The notes beneath the pieces were generated by a model, which searched no databases, was not told the DNA's origin, and worked only from the letters and a program-made list of their open reading frames with translations. From Candidatus Dormiibacterota bacterium (lineage in GTDB: Bacteria; Chloroflexota; Dormibacteria; Aeolococcales; Aeolococcaceae), in assembly GCA_035948615.1 (NCBI GenBank), contig DASZJB010000038.1, positions 1-38,679 of the forward strand: a DNA stretch of 38,679 nucleotides, in the 5' to 3' direction. Below, piece after piece: positions 37,522 through 38,679 of this stretch (within the stretch, counting starts at the first letter, position 1; every line of letters starts with the position of its first letter). Position numbers and translations under genes: made by a program.

Positions 37522-38177
37522 AAGAGCGTCCCGATCCCGATCAGGTCGATGAGGAGGAGGATCGGGCCGAGGTTCAGGCCATTGCCGAACTCCAGCCCGC
37601 TCAGCGGCGTGAGTGCTTCGACAGGTGGGATCCGGGCCGCGTCGAGACTCTCACCGGAGGTCACCGCGCTGACGGTGGTTGAAAGCGGAGCGAACGGGGT
37701 CGGGTCGGCCGGCGTCTGCGCGTGAGCGGCCACAATGGCATCGGCCGTGCCGCTGCCCCCGGAGTGACCCCCGCCCGATCCACCTGAGGATGCGACCGGC
37801 TTCGGGGTCGGAGCCGGCGCCTTGGTCGGCGCCGGCGTGGGGCTGGATGCCGGCGTCGGAGTCGGATTCCCACCACCCCCACCATTCGAGCCCCTGCTGC
37901 CACCGCCGTTCGGGGTCGGTGTCGGTGTTGCGGTCGGGGTGACCACCGGCGAGGGCGATGGCGTCGGAGAGCACCAGGGATGGGGGCGGTGATGGCACGG
38001 CGGCAGCGTCGGTGTGGTTGTCGTCGGGGCAGACGGCGACGGGCTGGGGCTCGGGGCTGCGGCCACTCCGGAGACCCCGGCGAGCATGAGCGCGAAGACG
38101 CCGGGAAGCAGCGCGATCACCGCGCGACCTCTCGGCCGCCTCCGGGGCGTCAGTCTGCCGAATACGTTTGCACTCAT
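37482..38177 (-). CDS. Pro/Thr/Gly-rich secreted protein with C-terminal TM anchor, hypothetical
   Basis: 231 aa. N-terminal RRRPRGR plus a hydrophobic signal, long PSPSP/TPTP/GGGS low-complexity tracts, and a terminal helix ILLLIDLIGIGTLFYLV. Its 3' end overlaps thiD convergently by 40 nt. Confidence 0.5.
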   Translation of the reverse strand: MSANVFGRLTPRRRPRGRAVIALLPGVFALMLAGVSGVAAAPSPSPSPSAPTTTTPTLPPCHHRPHPWCSPTPSPSPVVTPTATPTPTPNGGGSRGSNGGGGGNPTPTPASSPTPAPTKAPAPTPKPVASSGGSGGGHSGGSGTADAIVAAHAQTPADPTPFAPLSTTVSAVTSGESLDAARIPPVEALTPLSGLEFGNGLNLGPILLLIDLIGIGTLFYLVRTRWLAHEG

Positions 38178-38303
38178 TGACGTGTTCCAACTTTGGTCTT
38201 AATACCTGCGTGCCGAGATGAGAGTCGGCGGCTCGTGACGACGCCGCGAGGCCCCGTTCACAGAGTTCACAGCGGCGTTGAGCGCCGGCCTAGGATTCTG
38301 CGG

Positions 38304-38679
38304 GTGTGCACCATCCTGCTCGCCTGGAAATCCCACCCGGGCACCCCGGTGGTCCTGGCGGCCAACCGCGATGAGCTGATCGCGCGGCCGAGCGCACCTC
38401 CCGGCATCCTGCAAAACAGCCCGCTGATCGTCGGTGGGCGCGACCTCGTCGCGGGAGGGACCTGGCTCGCCGTCGCAGCGGACGGCACGGTCTGCGCGGT
38501 CACCAACCGGCATCCCGGCGAGGGTCCACCACCGGCGCCGGATCCTTCGCGTCGATCCCGGGGCGAGATCCCGGTCGCGCTGCTCACCATCGATCCGGCG
38601 GACGTCCCGGCGAGCCTCGCCGCCCTCGGACCGGGCCGCTACAACCCGGTCAACGTTCTCTGGGCGAACGCCGACCGAG
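38304..38679 (+). CDS. NRDE family protein (TANGO2-like), 3' end cut by window edge
   Basis: Absent from the ORF track because there is no stop in the window. Hand translation from GTG 38304 gives VCTILLAWKSHPGTPVVLAANRDELIARPS...GGTWLAV...VTNR, the hallmark N-terminal Cys and NRDE motif. Confidence 0.8.
   Translation, partial: MCTILLAWKSHPGTPVVLAANRDELIARPSAPPGILQNSPLIVGGRDLVAGGTWLAVAADGTVCAVTNRHPGEGPPPAPDPSRRSRGEIPVALLTIDPADVPASLAALGPGRYNPVNVLWANADR

Overview
High-G+C bacterial chromosome segment. It looks Actinomycetota-like because it carries a complete phosphatidylinositol-mannoside lipid operon (ino1, PatA-like, pimA, PgsA-like). I support about 35 protein genes, 2 tRNAs and several operator or leader elements. 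Recognisable genes include sucB (E2, partial), typA/bipA, acdS, an ArsR regulator, a methyltransferase, and a TetR / RHH / DUF4097 / DrrAB-like ABC cluster. Further genes are an SDR, a Zn-ADH, an HhH-GPD protein, an MBL hydrolase, an MFS pump, metF, gltX, a GGDEF cyclase, thiD and an NRDE protein (partial). One gene encodes a 2552-aa DUF11-repeat surface protein. No CRISPR array, transposase or integrase was seen. Many long ORFs in the track are antisense artefacts of the high G+C.

The most interesting signals are:
1. An orphan three-gene operon (5258-6954) of a VirB2/TrbC-like mini-pilin, a VirB6/TrbL-like polytopic protein and an M23 peptidase. It has no secretion ATPases, relaxase or att sites and sits among housekeeping genes.
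2. A promoter box plus structured leader in front of that operon (17-nt and 18-nt blocks). Both blocks recur verbatim 3.6 kb away in front of a small secreted protein upstream of typA, which suggests an unrecognised cis-regulatory element or regulon.
3. A 76-nt tRNA(GUA) with archaeal/eukaryotic-type tRNA-Tyr architecture (5-nt variable loop, C1-G72, A73). Its 3' half is duplicated about 1 kb downstream, bracketing an integrase-less, lower-G+C insert.
4. A non-canonical C-terminal sorting signal (VPDPGTG + TM + RRRRR) on the giant DUF11 protein.
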